Positions 39,245 to 48,500 of a stretch of 48,786 bases of DNA are shown here, one piece after another. The translations under genes and the position numbers were made by a program. Numbering within the stretch: position 1 is the stretch's first letter; every line of letters begins with the position of its first letter. Under the pieces are notes generated by a model. That model did not search any database. It saw only the letters and a program-made list of their open reading frames with translations, and had not been told where the DNA came from. The DNA is taken from the NCBI RefSeq assembly GCF_001194135.2, contig NC_068986.1:116639482-116688267 (forward strand). Reading direction: 5' to 3'. Source of the DNA: Octopus bimaculoides. Lineage: Eukaryota.

Positions 39245-41398
39245 GCTTCTTCCAGTTTCTGTCTACCAAATCCACTCACAAGGCTTTGGTTGGCCCAAGG
39301 CTATAGTAGAAGACGCTTGCCCAAGGTGCCCCGCAGTGGGACTGAACCTGGGACCATGTGGTTGGTAAGCAAGCTACTTACCACACAGCCACTCCTGCGC
39401 ATGCATACAGAGAGAAAGAAAAGATACATGCATAGCTGTGGCTACAGATTTTGCTTCATAAGTCTTCATCCAATTCATGCCAAAAGAACAAATACATTTA
39501 CAAAATACTCCATACACAACAGAGTATATTGTGCCTCAGCTACTTGTAGTCTCATGGCAAATCAGAAATACTGGGGACTGGACTGCTATGGGGTAAGGGA
39601 AACCACCTAGCTAGTGCAGGTCTGTAGTCATTAAAGGACAATTATTCCACCATGCTTATTAAATCTGATAGCCGTCTCCTTGAATAGATAGACCTTGGAT
39701 TTTCAAGCATGTGAAAGCTGTCCAAATGGAATTATTCTTGATGATGACATTGGAGTATGGAGTGACTTTATCAATGCTACCTGATGTTACTGAAAGGTAG
39801 ATTGAGAATTAGCTTAGCTGGTCTGGTGCAAATATTGCTTCAACTATTCAATCTTGTGTGAACCTTACAGGTATGAAATCCAAGTAGTAATGTAGGAGAT
39901 CATCTATGAATTTCTAAGATACACATGTCACATTTGAACACATTCTTTCCCCTACTTGTGACTGAAACTTTTAAGACAAAATCAATATTAAAGTAACCAA
40001 CCAATAGAACAGAACTTAGCAACTCTTCTGTAAACACAAATCAGTTAAGGAAATAATACAATGAGGATTCTAAACAGTTACTCAAGTTTTTAGACATAGC
40101 AGCTTGATTCTCCCTCAAATCATGCCCTCAGCTCATCAAACAAAGAAAATACATACATTGGATTAATTATTATAAAATCTGGTAATTAGTCATATATTAA
40201 TTAATATCGAATAATTATCAGGAGGCCAGCACATCTAAAGAATCAAAGAGATTCAGAAATATTATCTACAATCTCAGGGGATTAAGGTACATTTTTTAAA
40301 ATGTTGAGAACAATTTAGGTCTTAATAGACACAAGATGTGATCTATTTCTAGCGCATTAACTGTCCATGTTAATGGTCGTTGTTATTTTTTAAAATGTAC
40401 ATTGGATTAATGTATTCCTAGATACACTGTCTAAATGAAAGCTGAGTAAGATTGGAATACTTTTAATTAAATCAGATCTGCTCATATATGGCAGGCATGA
40501 GGCTAAATTATATCTTAGTATATAAGACATTTTTATATTGAACCCCCCCCCTCAAAAAAAAAAAAAACATTCGGGTGAATGTGAAAACTGGAAAGTGAAA
40601 TGTCTAGTGGTTCAATCAAACCTGAATCAGTAGATATACTGCCAAAAAAGTGCTCCACTAATGACTACCCCATCGTATGTTTAGTCACAATTCATCTAGG
40701 ATTACATGATCTTTTCTTTAAGGGAAACATGGGGTTCACTGCTACTTGCAGCTGATCAAACTCAGAGTTTCTATCACTGGCTCTTACTAAAAGAGGTTTC
40801 TTCTAGTAAAGGAACTGAAATGACAGAAGCATGGCCGTTTTACATAACCAGACCAAAAACAGATACTAAATAGTCAAGTGAACTGAACTGACTGAGGTAG
40901 ATAAAAAGAAAACATTGGAAAAGCTTTATCAGTGATCGATGCTAGAATTACTGCGAAACCCTCCTAAATCACTTCTTTTTTCAGAAATACACTATGCCTA
41001 GAATAAATGGTCATGGTCACAGTTGCAATATTTGATGGCAGGTATGGCTGTGTGGTTAAGTTTGTTTCCCAACCACATAGTTTCAGGTTCAATCCCCCTG
41101 CATGGAACCTTAAAGTGTCTGCTATTGTAGCCTTGTACCAACAAAAAGCTTAGGAGTAGATTTGGCAAACAAGCTGAAAAAAGTGTCTCATATCATCATC
41201 ATTTAACGTCCGCCTTCCATGCTAGCATGGGTAGGACGATTTGACTGAGGATTGGCAAACCAGATGGCTGCACCAGGCTCCAATCTGATCTGGCAGAGTT
41301 TCTACAGCTGGATGCCCTTCCTAATGCCAACAACTCAGAGAGTGTAATGGGTGCTTTTACATGCTACCGGCACGAGGACCAGTCAGGCGGTACTGGCA

Positions 41399-41441
<43 letters not shown>

Positions 41442-42851
41442 GATAGATATGAGAGAGAGAGATATCATCATTTAGTATCCATCTTCCATGCTGGTATGGG
41501 TTGCCAAGTGCTGTTGAGCCAGAGGACTGTGACAAGATCCAGTGTCTGCTTTGGTATGGTTTCCGCAGCTAGATCTCCTTTCTCACACCAATCACTTTAC
41601 AGGGTGCTTTTTACGTGGTACTGTCACTTGTGCAGTCACCAAGCACCTCACAAGATCCCTCAACTCAAGGGGTGTAGACTGAGGATGTGGCTTTATTCCA
41701 GAGGTTAAAGTAGGATAGAGAGAAACAGGTACAGGTGTTTTGTTGTAGAGAAGGTACATGATTACAAACATGTTTGAGTCTCCTTGTCTTAACATTATGC
41801 AACTATGGTAAATGAATGTCATTCATTTCCAATATCCTCCATATTTGTCATGGGACAATATTACCTTGTTTGGAAAGAGTGAAGTGTTGGTGACAGGAAT
41901 AGTATCCAACTGTAGAAAAATCTACCTCAATAAAATCAGTCCAAGCATGAAAAATTGGATGGTAAAACAATGGTCATGATAAATCTACCTAACCAGTGTT
42001 GATATGGAGATATATTTGCCATATGAATCATACTGATAGAGACCCCCGCCCCTAAAGTAGTTCAGACAAAATACACATTTTGGAGAAATTAGCCCATCTC
42101 TACAAACTGACATAGCAATTCCTACAGACCATCATCAAAACGTGAAGGATGCATTTCTACATTATGCAGCCCACACGGTTTGCAACCGATTCTGTTAGTG
42201 CCTTACTACCATAAAGTTTCAATAACTAGTATATCTTATGATAAAAGCCTCCAGGGTTTGCTGCCTGCTCTGCATCACAACTCCACACATTAAATGAGAT
42301 GCGATGGTCACGGTTAAACTGCTTTGTTCATAGGCCTGCTTGATCAGAGCTAATCTAGAGCTAAACGAGGAAGAGTGTACTTAACTAAAGAGCCTGTGTA
42401 GTCGTTCGTTATGCTAGAAATAGGAGCCGAATATCACTCGAAGTCTACCCAGCCATCTTAAACGTTTTTGATACATTACGACTAAATATTCGACAGAATG
42501 GTCATAACTGAGACGTAACTAATTCAAGATTAGAAGAGCTAGGAATAACGGAGGGCATTTCACACAGGAAATTATTTACCTCTCAAAAATGTAAAAACTG
42601 AAACATTTAAATATCTTGTTATCGTTGGCTGAACTAGTTCGTTTAGCAAAAAATATTAAGAGCAATTAACTTATAACAAATCTTATCTCTCACAAACATT
42701 GATAACTTGCATTAAATTTTTTTTTTTAAATAACAACCGAGATATTGCGTATTTTTCTTTTTTCTTTAACATTTGGCAATTATAAACGTTAAAAGGCAAC
42801 TTGATGGTCTATATCAGCAAACGTCAAACAAAAGGGAGGGGCCGCGTGTAG

Positions 42852-42885
<34 letters not shown>

Positions 42886-45147
42886 GGAAGCAAAGTTGTC
42901 AATACTGATCCCTGCTGGTGTTGGAGATCTATGTGACTAACGAAGCGGGTTGGTAAACACCTGAGACGATTTTGAGCATTAAGGGAACCGAAATTATTTG
43001 CAAACTGAATCTAGAAGAGCATGGCTAATTTAAGGCTAAAAATCACTAATTTCCAACCAAATACCGATGCTATATCAATTAGTATTCACCAAATACATAT
43101 TTCACATTAAATATTCTGGTTATATCAATATAACAGGACTGAATTTTTATTGTTCTTTATCAATTTCGTTAAGTATTTTCATTAAATTTCATTAAATATT
43201 TTTTTTCAAAAGCAGTAATGACACCAAAGAACGAAGGAAATTGTTTTCCCTTAATTATACTTTATAAATTTAATTTAGAAATTTACAGGATGGGTGTAAT
43301 TGATCTAAAGAAGTTTTCCAACACCTGGTTCTTCAATTTTCTTTTCATTTTATTTTATTTATAAGAAAAGACATATTGGATAATGCAGTCCTAGAACGAC
43401 AATCTGAAAATAAGACCGACTAAAACGCCTTTTATCAAAACGTCCACTGGATCAGGGCTAACCTAGGGTCAAACAACAACAACAACAATTATTATTTCTA
43501 TATTTTATGATATTTATTCCACTGTATTACTAATATTTCTCAAAATGTTGGCTTTTCCTTCTTTCGAAATACACTCAACTTCCTTATGAGGGGTATCGTG
43601 TGCTTTATATATATATATATATATGGCGATCTTACGGTACAGTGCCTAGAAATGCCATCGAATATATATATTATACACACACTAATATAAATATTATATA
43701 TATATATATATATATANNNNNNNNNNGAGGGGTATCGTGTGCTTTATATATATATATATACACACCTTGGTTGTCGAGACACACCGGTCAACATTGAAAG
43801 AACAGATCAATGGAAAAGAGTAATCATAATGCATAAATCCGTAAACAGACCGTCGTTTTCTTTTAAGGGGTATCTAGAATTATTGCTGGATGTGTCCTTT
43901 AAGACGGCGAGGAATAATTTTGAGAGATATGTACCAGCTATTTTTCTACCAGGTAAAGGTTGTTTCAAGCGAATACAAATCACGACCATCACCCAGACTT
44001 CTTTTAATTCTCACGATTTCTTTTCAATGTAATAAAATGAAATAGACTGGAAACATCCTTTCACACTTCTCTCTCTCTCTCTCATATATACATACATATA
44101 TATATATATAGATATATATAGATAGATAGATAGATAGATATAGGTAGATATAGATAGATAGATAGGTAGATATAGATAGATAGATAAATAAGTAGATATA
44201 GATAGATATAGATATGGTAAGAAAAATAAATAATGTATTAAGCCACTTTATTTGCTGTTGTTGGTGAGGCTCCAGTGAGCCGCCGGTTGTATTTAACACC
44301 CAGCGAAAATATGTAAACAAGAGACTAACTAAAAGGCCGTGAAAATTAGTGACTTAGGCAAGGCGAGAGAAAGAAAAAATAGTTGTTATTGTAAAAGAGA
44401 AAAGAAATCGAAAATATTATACTTTTGTCTCTTCAAAGACGGGAATGTTTTTTAATTTTTGTTATATATAAAATAAAAGCTGACAGGTGTAGGCGAATTA
44501 GGATTAGCATATTATTAAAGAATGTCATTATAGGCTTGGAAGAACAAAATGACAAAATCCCAGTGGAGTTAATAACTGAAGTGTGTGGCGAGGTACCGAA
44601 ATAAATACAGCACAATACGAAGTATGACTCGTTAGTCTATCAAACATTAAAGAAAGAAAAAAACTAGTTTAAATAAAAAGAGTTGGTTAAGGAACCGATG
44701 AATCAGTTGCTTAACCAAGTTGCTTTCTTTTTAGTGAGTAAAAACAAAACGACGTTTCAGGAAGAAGGAAAATAATAAAAAGAGCTGAGTTAAGTACAGT
44801 AGTCGGAAGTGCAGGGGGAAAAACACAACAGAGATATTAGAGTGGTTCTAAAATGGGGGGTTAAAATAGAATGGTTGACGCTTTGTAAATTGGTCCTTCA
44901 ATTCCTGACCATTGATTGGAGTCGGCGCAACTGCTTTGCCACGTTGTCGGAAAACATCGTTATATATTCATAAACAAGACCAGTTAGAGGTTTAAAAACT
45001 AGCGATTTCGTTAAGAAAAAGAGCAATGCTTGCTCGAAATGCCATAAGGAAAGAAATCTGAAAGATTCATAGGTTCAATTCTGATAAAACATGCAGAAAA
45101 ACCCAGGAGCAAACTTACCGGATTAGACATGTACAGGAGAGCGCCAT
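1790..45147 (-). CDS. GANAB: Neutral alpha-glucosidase AB / glucosidase II alpha subunit (GH31), multi-exon, 3'-partial (13 coding exons in window)
   Basis: Spliced translation: [60 protein letters not shown]...[84 protein letters not shown]...[15 protein letters not shown]...[19 protein letters not shown]...DPHLK...GWCWPG. Signal peptide, [34 protein letters not shown] and GWCWPG are recognisable GANAB motifs. All junctions are GT-AG and phases match. Confidence 0.97.
2064..2292. mobile_element. piggyBac-type MITE, family 1 (TTAA TSD)
   Basis: TTAA|CCCTTTAG ... CTAAAGGG|TTAA, ~220 bp, non-coding. Decayed copies near 4255-4445 and 8390-8610. Confidence 0.8.
2995..3563 (+). mobile_element. 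RTE LINE 3' end (ORF2 C-terminus [14 protein letters not shown] + 3' UTR + GAT tail) followed by a second truncated copy
   Basis: The ORF2 terminal remnant is contiguous with the GGCATGTAAAAGCACCC...AGGAAxGGCATCCAGC...GTTAAATGATGATGAT module. This links the abundant (GAT)n-tailed repeat to the RTE LINE. Confidence 0.7.
3666..3751. ncRNA. Inverted dyad of two decayed hammerhead ribozyme motifs (intron 12)
   Basis: Plus arm 3705-3751: GACAAT CAGATGA CTGCTTAGCTAGCC AAAAC TTTGAA GTC ACTGTC. Minus arm 3704-3666: (CA)ATGA TGGCTTAGCTGACT GAAAC TTCGAA GTC. Their consensus gives a full hammerhead, but each arm has core mutations. Confidence 0.5.
3882..3959 (-). CDS. GANAB: GANAB exon 12 ([26 protein letters not shown])
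   Basis: GCTTTCAG acceptor, AG|GTAACA donor, 78 nt, D..WLDIEH.DGK motif. Confidence 0.96.
5142..5203 (-). CDS. GANAB: GANAB exon 11 ([20 protein letters not shown])
   Basis: TTTTGTAG acceptor, AA|GTGAGT donor, 62 nt, YHQSRWNY motif. Confidence 0.96.
6303..6353 (+). ncRNA. Type I hammerhead ribozyme motif (intron 10, antisense to GANAB)
   Basis: CTTTGA-[CTGAGGA]-GAC(ACAATAAG)GTT-[GAAA]C(GCCATATT)GTC^TCAAAG. 6-bp stem I, complete CUGAnGA/GAAA/UH core, GUC triplet. Stem II closes with G-U instead of G-C. Confidence 0.7.
6858..7135 (+). mobile_element. tRNA-derived SINE with family-A-like head and a different body
   Basis: A/B boxes (TGACCTAGTGG, GAGTTCGAATCC), then GATGGACTGGCATTCCGTTCAGG...GAAACCGGGAAACC. 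This resembles a MetaSINE-like core (from memory, unverified). Confidence 0.65.
7158..7331 (-). CDS. GANAB: GANAB exon 10 ([12 protein letters not shown]...[11 protein letters not shown]...LTGTTPLPP)
   Basis: CTCTTGCAG acceptor, CCA|GTAGGT donor, 174 nt, SESGIIDVF and LTG..PLPP motifs. Confidence 0.96.
7559..7649. repeat. (AG)n microsatellite
   Basis: Direct reading. Others: (GT)n 2545-2588, (AG)n 14597-14836 and 35770-36310 (both with gaps), (TA)n 39205-39239 and 42853-42881, poly-A 25462-25505. Confidence 0.98.
8281..8359 (-). CDS. GANAB: GANAB exon 9 ([26 protein letters not shown])
   Basis: TCTATTCAG acceptor, AAG|GTAAAT donor, 79 nt, G.FW.NAAETW.D motif. Confidence 0.96.
9328..9429 (-). 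CDS. GANAB: GANAB exon 8 ([33 protein letters not shown])
   Basis: TTTTCCAG acceptor, AA|GTATGT donor, 102 nt, highly conserved GANAB motif. Confidence 0.97.
9751..10349 (+). mobile_element. SINE family B (head AGGAGTGGCTGTGTG, central (TA/TG)n), with RTE 3' repeat nested at 9949-10125
   Basis: B box GGGTTCAGTCCC. Other copies: 24533-24846(+), 38990-39399(-), 46168-46533(-). Related heads with an RTE-like tail: 2610-2985(+), 27935-28117 + 29377-29624(+), 41038-41990(+). Confidence 0.85.
10401..10497 (-). CDS. GANAB: GANAB exon 7 ([32 protein letters not shown])
   Basis: TTGTACAG acceptor, AA|GTATGT donor, 97 nt, YGIPEHAD motif. Confidence 0.97.
10730..11111 (-). mobile_element. tRNA-derived SINE, family A (head GGAGGCGCAATGGCCCAGTGGTTAGG), with 13-bp TSD
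   Basis: Pol III A/B boxes (TGGCCCAGTGG, GTTTCGATTCC). TSD CATTCAACCAATT at 10717-10729 and 11112-11124. Confidence 0.9.
11334..11380 (-). ncRNA. Minimal type I hammerhead ribozyme motif, Penelope-like (intron 6, sense to GANAB)
   Basis: Minus strand: AACCC-[CTGATGA]-A-GGCTG(GAGAATACAT)CAGCC-[GAAA]CGT-T^GTGGT. Perfect 5-bp stem II and palindromic ACGT stem III; stem I has two mismatches. Confidence 0.62.
11883..11973 (-). CDS. GANAB: GANAB exon 6 ([30 protein letters not shown])
   Basis: TTTTAG acceptor, G|GTAATT donor, 91 nt, WEETFK...DSKP motif. Confidence 0.95.
12744..12801 (-). CDS. GANAB: GANAB exon 5, short form ([19 protein letters not shown])
   Basis: CCCCTTTCAG acceptor, AAG|GTAAGA donor, 58 nt. 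Phase bridges exons 4 and 6; encodes the acidic low-complexity loop. Confidence 0.82.
12802..12858 (-). CDS. GANAB: Putative 57-nt in-frame extension of exon 5 via an upstream alternative acceptor ([19 protein letters not shown])
   Basis: Acceptor ...AATGACTGCCCCATTTGTTCCCTTTGTAG| with AG at 12860-12859. Open and in frame with the short exon. Confidence 0.6.
13424..13702 (-). mobile_element. RTE-derived 3'-end repeat with (GAT)n tail and two ~65-bp modules
   Basis: CATCATCAT...GTTTAACGTCCGCTTTCCATGCTAGCATGG...GGATGCCCTTCCT.... Other copies, approx.: 6502-6712(-), 9949-10125(-), 14902-15083(-), 16683-16866(+), 16985-17083(+), 33330-33600(+), 34358-34582(+), 37870-38143(+), 41190-41400(-), 41463-41760(-). 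Confidence 0.85.
15971..16343 (+). mobile_element. tRNA-derived SINE, family A
   Basis: Full-length copy, colinear with 10730-11111 in opposite orientation. Confidence 0.9.
18120..18550 (-). mobile_element. RTE-derived 3'-end repeat with five tandem ~65-bp modules
   Basis: Same core as the other copies. Units start at 18232, 18297, 18363, 18429 and 18493. Confidence 0.8.
18923..19090 (-). CDS. GANAB: GANAB exon 4 ([11 protein letters not shown]...EPFRIDF...[11 protein letters not shown])
   Basis: TTTATTTCAG acceptor, CA|GTGAGT donor, 168 nt. PFR.D and GL..FEH.R motifs. Confidence 0.93.
22896..24336 (-). mobile_element. Decayed RTE LINE 3' portion (ORF2 end, long 3' UTR, (GAT)n tail), interrupted by a MITE at 23771-24000
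   Basis: 24336-24001 reads [10 protein letters not shown]...[18 protein letters not shown]...LERNE...LHWFGHV. Below the MITE it reads [18 protein letters not shown], then a pyrimidine-rich UTR, an AGGAAGGGCATCC-like core and a GAT tail. Confidence 0.75.
27042..27284 (-). CDS. GANAB: GANAB exon 3 ([12 protein letters not shown]...EPVLQ)
   Basis: TTTCCAG acceptor, AA|GTAAGT donor, 243 nt, lies within ORF 27038..27421 and matches the GANAB N-terminal beta domain. Confidence 0.95.
27503..27732 (+). mobile_element. SINE family C (head AGGCGGTGAGCTGGCAGAATC)
   Basis: tRNA-like head with GAGTTCAAATTCC B box. Decayed minus-strand copies near 4640-4800, 13770-13945 and 38630-38770. Confidence 0.8.
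28118..29376 (+). mobile_element. Mariner (DD34D) DNA transposon, full length, transposase pseudogene 28301-29297
   Basis: TIRs TTGGGCCATCCCACAAATAATG (28118-28139) and reverse complement TTGGGTCATCCCATAAATAATG (29355-29376); TA on the left. Motifs [32 protein letters not shown]; stops and frameshifts present. Confidence 0.95.
29895..30008 (-). CDS. GANAB: GANAB exon 2 (signal peptide + [16 protein letters not shown])
   Basis: TTTTCTTTTCCAG acceptor, AA|GTGAGT donor, 114 nt, hydrophobic leader and NFKTC motif. Confidence 0.95.
31073..31738 (+). pseudogene. RTE-clade LINE ORF2 C-terminal fragment with Cys/His finger remnant; in-frame stop at 31373
   Basis: [17 protein letters not shown]...[50 protein letters not shown]...MLHGSETW...RRLHWYGHV. 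Runs into an N gap. Confidence 0.88.
31739..32042. other. Assembly gap (N run)
   Basis: Other gaps: 14647-14769, 24870-25065, 27370-27379, 35884-36200, 43717-43726. All are intronic, and the GANAB frame is complete without them. Confidence 0.99.
32043..32400 (-). mobile_element. Decayed HERO/NeSL-like (restriction-endonuclease type) LINE fragment
   Basis: Frameshifted [12 protein letters not shown]...[25 protein letters not shown]...[12 protein letters not shown] resembles the HERO region KAV...W..W..LW...RLSFL...NL..W preceding the CCHC finger. Recognised from memory. Confidence 0.55.
35042..35268. mobile_element. piggyBac-type MITE, family 2 (TTAA TSD)
   Basis: TTAA..TTGTTACCATATTTCTG ... 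GAAAGGG|TTAA. Further copies: 21953-22169, 23771-24000, 29625-29862, partial 15307-15507. Confidence 0.8.
37099..37475 (-). mobile_element. tRNA-derived SINE, family A, with 10-bp TSD, inserted into an RTE-derived 3' repeat
   Basis: TSD GGTTAGCATT at 37089-37098 and 37476-37485; (CAA)n tail. Confidence 0.9.
44095..44215. repeat. (TA)n/(GATA)n compound microsatellite
   Basis: Direct reading: tagatagata... array. Confidence 0.95.
45119..45147 (-). CDS. GANAB: GANAB exon 1 ([10 protein letters not shown], phase 2)
   Basis: AAAC-ATG-G start context, 29 nt, ends CG|GTAAGT (consensus donor). Phase fits exon 2, and an ERSE lies just upstream. Assigned by context, not by sequence conservation. Confidence 0.78.
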
Positions 45148-45170
45148 GTTTCGTATACTACGTAGTTCTA

Positions 45171-45189
45171 CGTGGATGATTCTGATTGG
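45171..45189 (-). promoter_or_regulatory. ER stress response element (ERSE-I), CCAAT-N9-CCACG
   Basis: Minus strand reads CCAAT CAGAATCAT CCACG(T): exact 9-nt spacer, 24 nt upstream of the GANAB ATG. Confidence 0.8.
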
Positions 45190-46584
45190 CCGAGACAGGA
45201 CCAACAACAGATTTATTAGAAAGAAGCGTGGAGTGCGCACAGTTACCTATTTTCAACTATGGAAGAGCAGAAGTGAATGTTCTCGTATCTTCTTACCGGC
45301 TTAATGGAACGCCTTTTTCTCTAAAACAAAAGAAACTAATTTAATTTCCTTTTTGTGTTTATTATTAAATTCTTTTCAGTTGTTGCTAGCTGATATGTAG
45401 AATCTTGTTTTAAGCCAATATAAGGCAGATTTAAAACAAGAAGGAATTTTTAAAAAAACACAAATAAATAATGTATCGACCCCTTCGTTCGTTCATTCAT
45501 TCATTCGTGCTGAAGTCGGGCAGGAACTTGGTTAAATGCTTGAAAGATAGATTCACGTTGAAATCAAAGTTTAAAAAATTTTTTAATCACAACTAGACCT
45601 TGAAGAAGCTCAGATAATGCTTAGTCCTAACCGAAGTGATTAACGGCATGATGTAATTATTTCGTATGGTATCCAGTGTTACATTAGCTAAAGTTCGCTT
45701 TTTCGTAGATGGTTTCACTTGAGGAAAATTTGGTTGCTACTTCTAGCAGATCGACCAATCATGTAGAGGCTTCTGTTTTGGCTCGTTCAGTCTCTTGGTT
45801 TCGTAATCAAAATCAATAGTGCGTTATTTGATTAAGTACGAAACCTTTTTTTCCTGTGGTAGCATATAATTTGTTAGATGTTCACACAAAGGGTTTTATT
45901 TTATCGATCCAGACAATTTGAATACGAAACCAATTACAGGAATGCATTTAGACCGATGTCTTCATATCTCGCGGTATGCACCCAGTGAACCGAATCAATG
46001 ATTCAGTCTCAATCCTTGTTTGAATTAAATCCTTAAAAATCGTTCCAAATAAACGTCAGCGTAATACATAATCTCATTTTCCAACATGAAGGTCGGCGAA
46101 CCATCTTTCTAGTTTCTAGGCTCGATTCTCTCTCCATATATATATGTTATATATTCTTTCTTTTTTTCTTTTACTTGTTTCAGTCATTTGACTGCGGCCA
46201 TGCTGGAGCACCGCCTTTAGTCGAGCAAATCGACCCCAGGACTTATTCTTTGTAAGCCTAGTACTTATTCTATCGGTCACTAATGCCGAACCGCTAAGTT
46301 ACGGGGACGTTAACACACCAACATCGGTTGTCAAGAGATGGTGGGGAACAAACACGGACACACAAGCACACACGCACATATATATATATATACGATAGGC
46401 TTCTTTCAGCTTCCATCTACCAAATCCACTCGCAAGGTTTTGGTCAGCCTGAGGTTATAGTAGAAGACACTTGCCCAAGGTGCCATGCAGTAGGACTGAA
46501 CCCGGAACCATGTGGTTGGTTAGCAAGCTACTTTATTTCTTTTAAATTGCCATAACGGCATTACATAGAGGGGGACACTACAAC

Positions 46585-47485
46585 ACATGTGGGGACTTAT
46601 AACAATTAAAATAAAAACATGGCTTTCTTTTCAAAGTTTTTAATCTGTCAATCTTCTCCGGCAACTGAGCAGAAACACAAAGTAAACTCATCTTGGAACA
46701 CTATTCTGGTGATCCACCATTTATTTGATAAACTTATATGAGGAAGATAAGATTTAGAGAAACCTTTCATATCTAATGTTGTCTTAAGAGGATAAAGAAC
46801 CAGTGGTTTGAACTTCAGATCTCTTGAAGCATTGCCACCAAGTAAGAAACTCACATGATCTCTGAGAGCCTTGAACCCTGGTGCAGTTTTTTCCTTCTTT
46901 AAGATATTTGATTTGGTATTTGTTTCCAAAACAGGTTTGAGTCATCTACTCAAAAATATTTGCTGCAGTGTATGTCCTGCTATGTCAATGATAATTTTCT
47001 GTATTTTTGTCAATACTTCCACACTGATCAGTGGTCTATTTATCTTACAATTCTGAGCAATTCTTGAGACACTCAAACCAATCACAGCTTGCCACAAAGC
47101 TTTGACTTTCAATGCCAGAATCACATATTTTGAGATCATACCATAAAATTAATGCTTTCATTTGGCAAGTAGCAAGTATAGTGAGTTACATTAATGCATT
47201 TTCTTCATCCCTATATTCCATTTTCCTGGGTCTATTCCTAGCTAATTGTGTAGAAGTTAAAGGTATTACACTTTAAAATGTTTTTTTAATGTTACAGCAG
47301 ATTTTCCAAACAATTTTTGGTTGCAGACCAAGAGCTCATCCCATATCTACGGCTCATTATGCAACACCAAATCTTTGTAACACTTCTGAGTTAGTTTCTA
47401 AAGTTACTCTTTTTGAGTTGGTTTCTTCCTTCTTTTTTCATTCATAAGTAGCAGTAGTGTAAGGTGTATTTTTTGTTGCCATTGC
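46585..47485 (-). pseudogene. Tigger/pogo (CENP-B-like) transposase remnant
   Basis: N-terminal HTH remnant (KRVTLET..EVLQRF...AVDMG.ALGLQP) and DDE region KKEKTAPGFKALRDHVSFLLGGNASRDLKFKPLV, matching Tigger EK.APGFKA.KDR.TLLLGGNA.GD.KLKP. Many lesions. Confidence 0.85.
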
Positions 47486-47949
47486 AATAGTGATAAATCA
47501 ATGAATAAATATTTGTAGAAAAAAAATTCTAGGGTGTACCTTCTACCACCACATACTTCAAAACTGGCTCAACTACTTTGTTTTAATTGTAATGAAAGAA
47601 TATTTTGGTTGATAGACAAAACGAAACTCTGGGATGGATGTCTATATACACAAATATTTATTCTATCATTAACAAAAAAATGCTGTCATTCTGAGAAATG
47701 ATAGAAAATATTTACACCAAGTGAAGCAGTGATAGTAGCCATTGAATTTTATAGCTGGGCGAGTGGCATAAATTCCTGCAGCAAGTTGGCTTTAGCTGCA
47801 TTATGGCCACTAGCCAAATGTACTATATATATCTAATGGTCTGTCAAAGAAAGGATGCCAGACAAGATTGTTAATAATATTTCAATGCATTGTTTACAAT
47901 AACTGCAATTCTAACAGGTTGAGCATCTGCTGGTCAGACCAGCTACTGG

Positions 47950-48400
47950 TAAAAGCAAGTTTTTAATGCGTCTTCCAGGGACTTAAATTGTTTGCTGACA
48001 TCATCAACCCCTGACAGAATCCTGTTGACTTTTCTCTGCATAATATGCTAAATAGCAATATGAAGATACTTTACATCAATGAGAACAAATAAAGTAGAAA
48101 GAATGAGATTGCCATATCTCAAAGCTGACTGACATAGCTTCCCATAGTACATCGGGTCATTGTGTTGGGCAGTTTGAAATCCCAATATTTTTTATAACAC
48201 CAAACAGAGTTTCTAGAATATTCAACCAAGCTATTGCCAGGAAGATTCCTGTTCACTTGGTTGCACACCAGACTGGCCGTGCTATATTTGCAAAAGTGTC
48301 AAAATCTTTTATGACAACACAGTGTTTCATAACTGGCCTTGCCTTTTATGGAAATATGGCAGGCAATGGTCCTGAGCTGGGGAACCTGAGTGTAATGGTT
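47950..48400 (+). mobile_element. Possible highly decayed CR1/L2-type RT fragment
   Basis: Faint ordered motifs only (SSTPDRI ~ SPGPDGI, KAD ~ KGD, VFHNW ~ VSH.W); no open frame. Confidence 0.3.
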
Positions 48401-48500
48401 TAAAACTCAACGGGAATCTTGAGTTTTATGTGGCATTATGCTTTTCTTTAAGATGGATTTTAAACAATTATTTAATAATAGTAAATCTATTTACCATTTA

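Noticed and set aside
43588-43760. Direct duplication of GAGGGGTATCGTGTGCTTTATATA on both sides of a 10-N gap
   Set aside because: Most likely an assembly overlap or haplotype artefact at a (TA)n microsatellite.
44915-44944. ATTGG ... GCCACGT in intron 1 as a second UPR element
   Set aside because: Spacing fits neither ERSE-I (N9) nor ERSE-II (N1); isolated short motifs are expected by chance.
45259-45300. Plus-strand ATG (MEEQK*) and a minus-strand CCG|GTAAGA donor upstream of the ERSE, as a divergent gene or upstream exon
   Set aside because: Five-codon ORF with no supportable downstream exons; a lone donor motif is insufficient without transcript data.
977-47139. Most short ORFs in the supplied six-frame track
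   Set aside because: They derive from SINEs, RTE UTRs, microsatellites or N gaps. Only those overlapping GANAB exons or transposon ORFs are meaningful.
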